From: Eledone cirrhosa
Lineage: Eukaryota
Direction of reading: 5' to 3'
DNA: 64,000 bases
Assembly (NCBI GenBank): GCA_964016885.1
Contig: OZ024740.1
Span: forward strand, 398,102,001-398,166,000
The position numbers and the translations under genes were made by a program. The notes beneath the pieces are model-generated. The model did not search any database and had not been told where the DNA came from. It worked only from the letters and a program-made list of their open reading frames with translations. Positions 61,148 through 64,000 of this stretch are shown here, in pieces; position 1 is the stretch's first letter, and each line of letters begins with the position of its first letter.

Positions 61148-61450
61148 ACATAGATATATAAAATTATAACATACAAATAATATAAATACCCCGCTCCCGA
61201 AAATAAGTGTGCTAAGTACTTATGTGGAACACTTTCGAAAGTAAGCGATCTTAGAATAGTCGCCTGTGGATATGTGACTCGCGGAAAACCCCATCTCACT
61301 TAACCTTTCCCTATAAATATATAAATATGTGGATGCAGGCATGATGTCCATGTGTGAGTATGTTTGTGTGTGTATGTGTATGTTCATGTTCATGTGTACA
61401 TATATATTTGTATATTTGTATATTTGTATATGTATCTATATATATATATT

Positions 61451-61483
<33 letters not shown>

Positions 61484-61542
61484 TTACTATATATATATAT
61501 ATATGACTAATCACTTTTCTCTCTCTCTCTCTCTCTCTCTCA

Positions 61543-61615
<73 letters not shown>

Positions 61616-62004
61616 AACATATATACAAATACATAGTAACATTACAAATCAGAGACCATATATAAATGAATAAATAACCAAGGTTCTATACATCAATATA
61701 TTATTTAATCGATTTACATATGTTTCTTTCAAATACAAGAGGAGGCAAAAATGTTATTCCTCTTTAGAGAAATAGTCAGAATTAATAGCTAATATAAAAA
61801 AGATATTTATTTACCAACCCCATATTATCATGACTACAGACACGAGGGTTTGTAAGACAAACAAGTTTTATATATATTTTAGGAAAAGCGTTAAAAAATT
61901 ATGGAAGGCTAGATATGTAAAAAACAATTAATGCTATCTCTTTCTGAATTCAAATGAAAGACATGTAAATCAGTTAAATAATGTGATAATGTATTGAACC
62001 TTGG

Positions 62005-62064
<60 letters not shown>

Positions 62065-62085
62065 ATTATTACTATATATATATGC

Positions 62086-62156
62086 TCGCACCAACCTGAG
62101 GTATATGGCCTTTAATGCGACGAAATACCTACGACGGTTGGAAGGCCACTGATGAG
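62086..62156 (+). ncRNA. Non-circularly permuted hammerhead-like motif, divergent copy 3
   Basis: TCGCA-CCAACC-TG-AGGTAT-A-TGGCCTT-TAA-TGCGA-C-GAA-ATACCT-ACGAC-GGTTGG-AAGGCCA-CTGATGA-G, in a 130-bp remnant between (TA)n tracts. Confidence 0.78.
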
Positions 62157-62208
62157 GACAAACTTTTTCATATGTAACCCATTTGCAGCGCCGCAGCTCC
62201 ATTATTAT

Positions 62209-62315
<107 letters not shown>

Positions 62316-62611
62316 CACGTGTTGCTGGCCAGTCGCTGATTTGAACTTGAAGTGTAAACACGGATCGCTGGAACTTCTTCCTTGTTGAAAATCCAAGTAT
62401 CCACTTCTGTGGTTTACCATCCGATTAATTGGGGAAATATATTTCTTTAATGGAATATATACAGGGAAGATTAATCATATTATAAGGTATCTATTTTTGA
62501 AGTTCTGGTCAACTTTATTTAGTTACCTACTTAGCTATGTGTGGTTACACACTTGTAAAAATTATCTCCTGTGATTATTCATGTTTATTTATATGTTAAT
62601 CAATTTCTAGT

Positions 62612-62667
<56 letters not shown>

Positions 62668-62730
62668 GTAGAACATTGGAGGGTTATATCCGTAGTAGTA
62701 GAGCACTCAGTCGATGGGACGAGTTTGGTA

Positions 62731-62849
62731 GAAGTAGTATCATAACAGCTAGTTCACCATATACCGAGAACAAATGTTTCACCGAGCTGAAAATCCGTAA
62801 GATGAAACATTTGTTCTCGGTATATGGTGAACTAGCTGTTGTGATACTA

Positions 62850-62852
<3 letters not shown>
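62731..62852. repeat. Fold-back hairpin (about 50-bp arms) at a PLE-like end
   Basis: AAGTAGTATCATAACAGC...TGTTTCA / TGAAACA...GCTGTTGTGATACTACTT. Confidence 0.75.
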
Positions 62853-62926
<74 letters not shown>

Positions 62927-63199
62927 GAATAATCGAGAATCGGAATATCAGCCCACGAAATCACGATAAACAATATCCGACATGTGTGGCAGAGGGCTCA
63001 ATAATTTGGATAAATCAGAGCTATAACTATCGTTAAAATACCAACACATAGAGATCATGCCTAAAATCACCCGTGCAGCCGAAAAAGAACGACCAGGAAG
63101 ATTCGGGTCACTCAAATAAAATATATATATATATACACGTACATACATATATGTGTACAGACGCACAGTAGTATGTATATATACACATACATGCATACA

Positions 63200-64000
63200 C
63201 CCGAAAACCACGATGAACTAAAGAAAATGATTGCACATGCGGTGGGGGCCAGCATAAAATTAACCCTTAAGGAACATATGTTCAAATTTAATGGAAAAAC
63301 ATATGCCCAAGAGGAAGGAGCAGCCATTGGTGTTAGCATTGCAGGCGACATAGCTAACTTATTCATGGTATGGTGGGACAATAGACTTAAACTTAAACTT
63401 AAAGAACAATTAGAAGACCCCTTAACCCTGATAATGTACTCCCGCTACGTTGATGATATAAACATCGTAGTTAAAACACCCCCACTAGAGAACAGTCAGG
63501 AAGTAGAGAAAAACACAATGGAAAGCATCCAGCAAATAGCTAACTCCATCCACCAGAGTATTAGAGTTACTATAGACTACCCAAGTAAACACCCCAACCA
63601 TCGATTACCTGTACTAGACACAGAGCTCTGGTTAGATACCATTAATAACAAAAACCAAATCCTCCATTCCCATTATGCCAAACCCATGACTTCCAAATAT
63701 CTGATCCACCGAAACTCAGCTGTTTTGGACCATACCAAAATCAACATACTGATTGCGGATTTGGTACGGGTGATGAGAAACGTGTCCCGCATGTGCAACC
63801 CCGAAGAACTAGAGAGACACATACAACACTTCATCCACCGTATGCAGTTCTCTGGTTACAATCAGAGAGATAAAATCAGAGTGTATAGAGGAGCCAGAAC
63901 CAAATGGGAAAAAATGGTAAATAATGACACAAATGGGACCTGCCCCTTGTATAGGAGCAAATTTTGGAATAGAATAGAAAGAACTAGGAATAAGGCTAAT
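63200..64000 (+). CDS. Neptune-like PLE reverse transcriptase, 5'-truncated, open to the window end (absent from the ORF track)
   Basis: Frame of ATG 63227: FKFNGKTYAQEEGAAIG..IANLFMVWWD..RYVDD..LPVLD..HYAKPM..RMQFSGY..PLYRSK. No stop seen. Homologous to 56220-56720. Confidence 0.88.

Overview
This is eukaryotic, AT-rich, microsatellite-saturated DNA with no recognisable host exon. The tRNA-derived SINE and overall style suggest an octopod cephalopod (inference). The window is almost entirely retroelement-derived. (1) 8666-23001 is one (TTA)n tract filled with site-specific non-LTR retrotransposons: two full-length but disrupted Tx1-clade (L1 group) elements, one 5'-truncated Tx1, and two antisense 5'-truncated R4/Dong-like elements with a restriction-like endonuclease (RLE). 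(2) Many Penelope-like element (PLE) remnants (Naiad-like and Neptune-like RT/GIY-YIG) sit in (TA)n tracts, often as fold-backs. About 15 hammerhead-ribozyme motifs were folded by eye in or near them. (3) About 14 copies of a tRNA-SINE have TSDs that begin ATTAT and a 3' end resembling the Tx1 3' end. (4) There are mariner/pogo MITEs, a mariner transposase relic, a CR1 relic and probable Helitron ends. The top finding is a non-circularly permuted (strand-swapped, pseudoknotted) hammerhead motif at 40292, 41062 and 62086. It shows compensatory changes in stems I, II and III, and two copies lie in a ~770-nt tandem unit that could yield a retrozyme-like circular RNA. All folds and family calls were made by eye; no searches were run.
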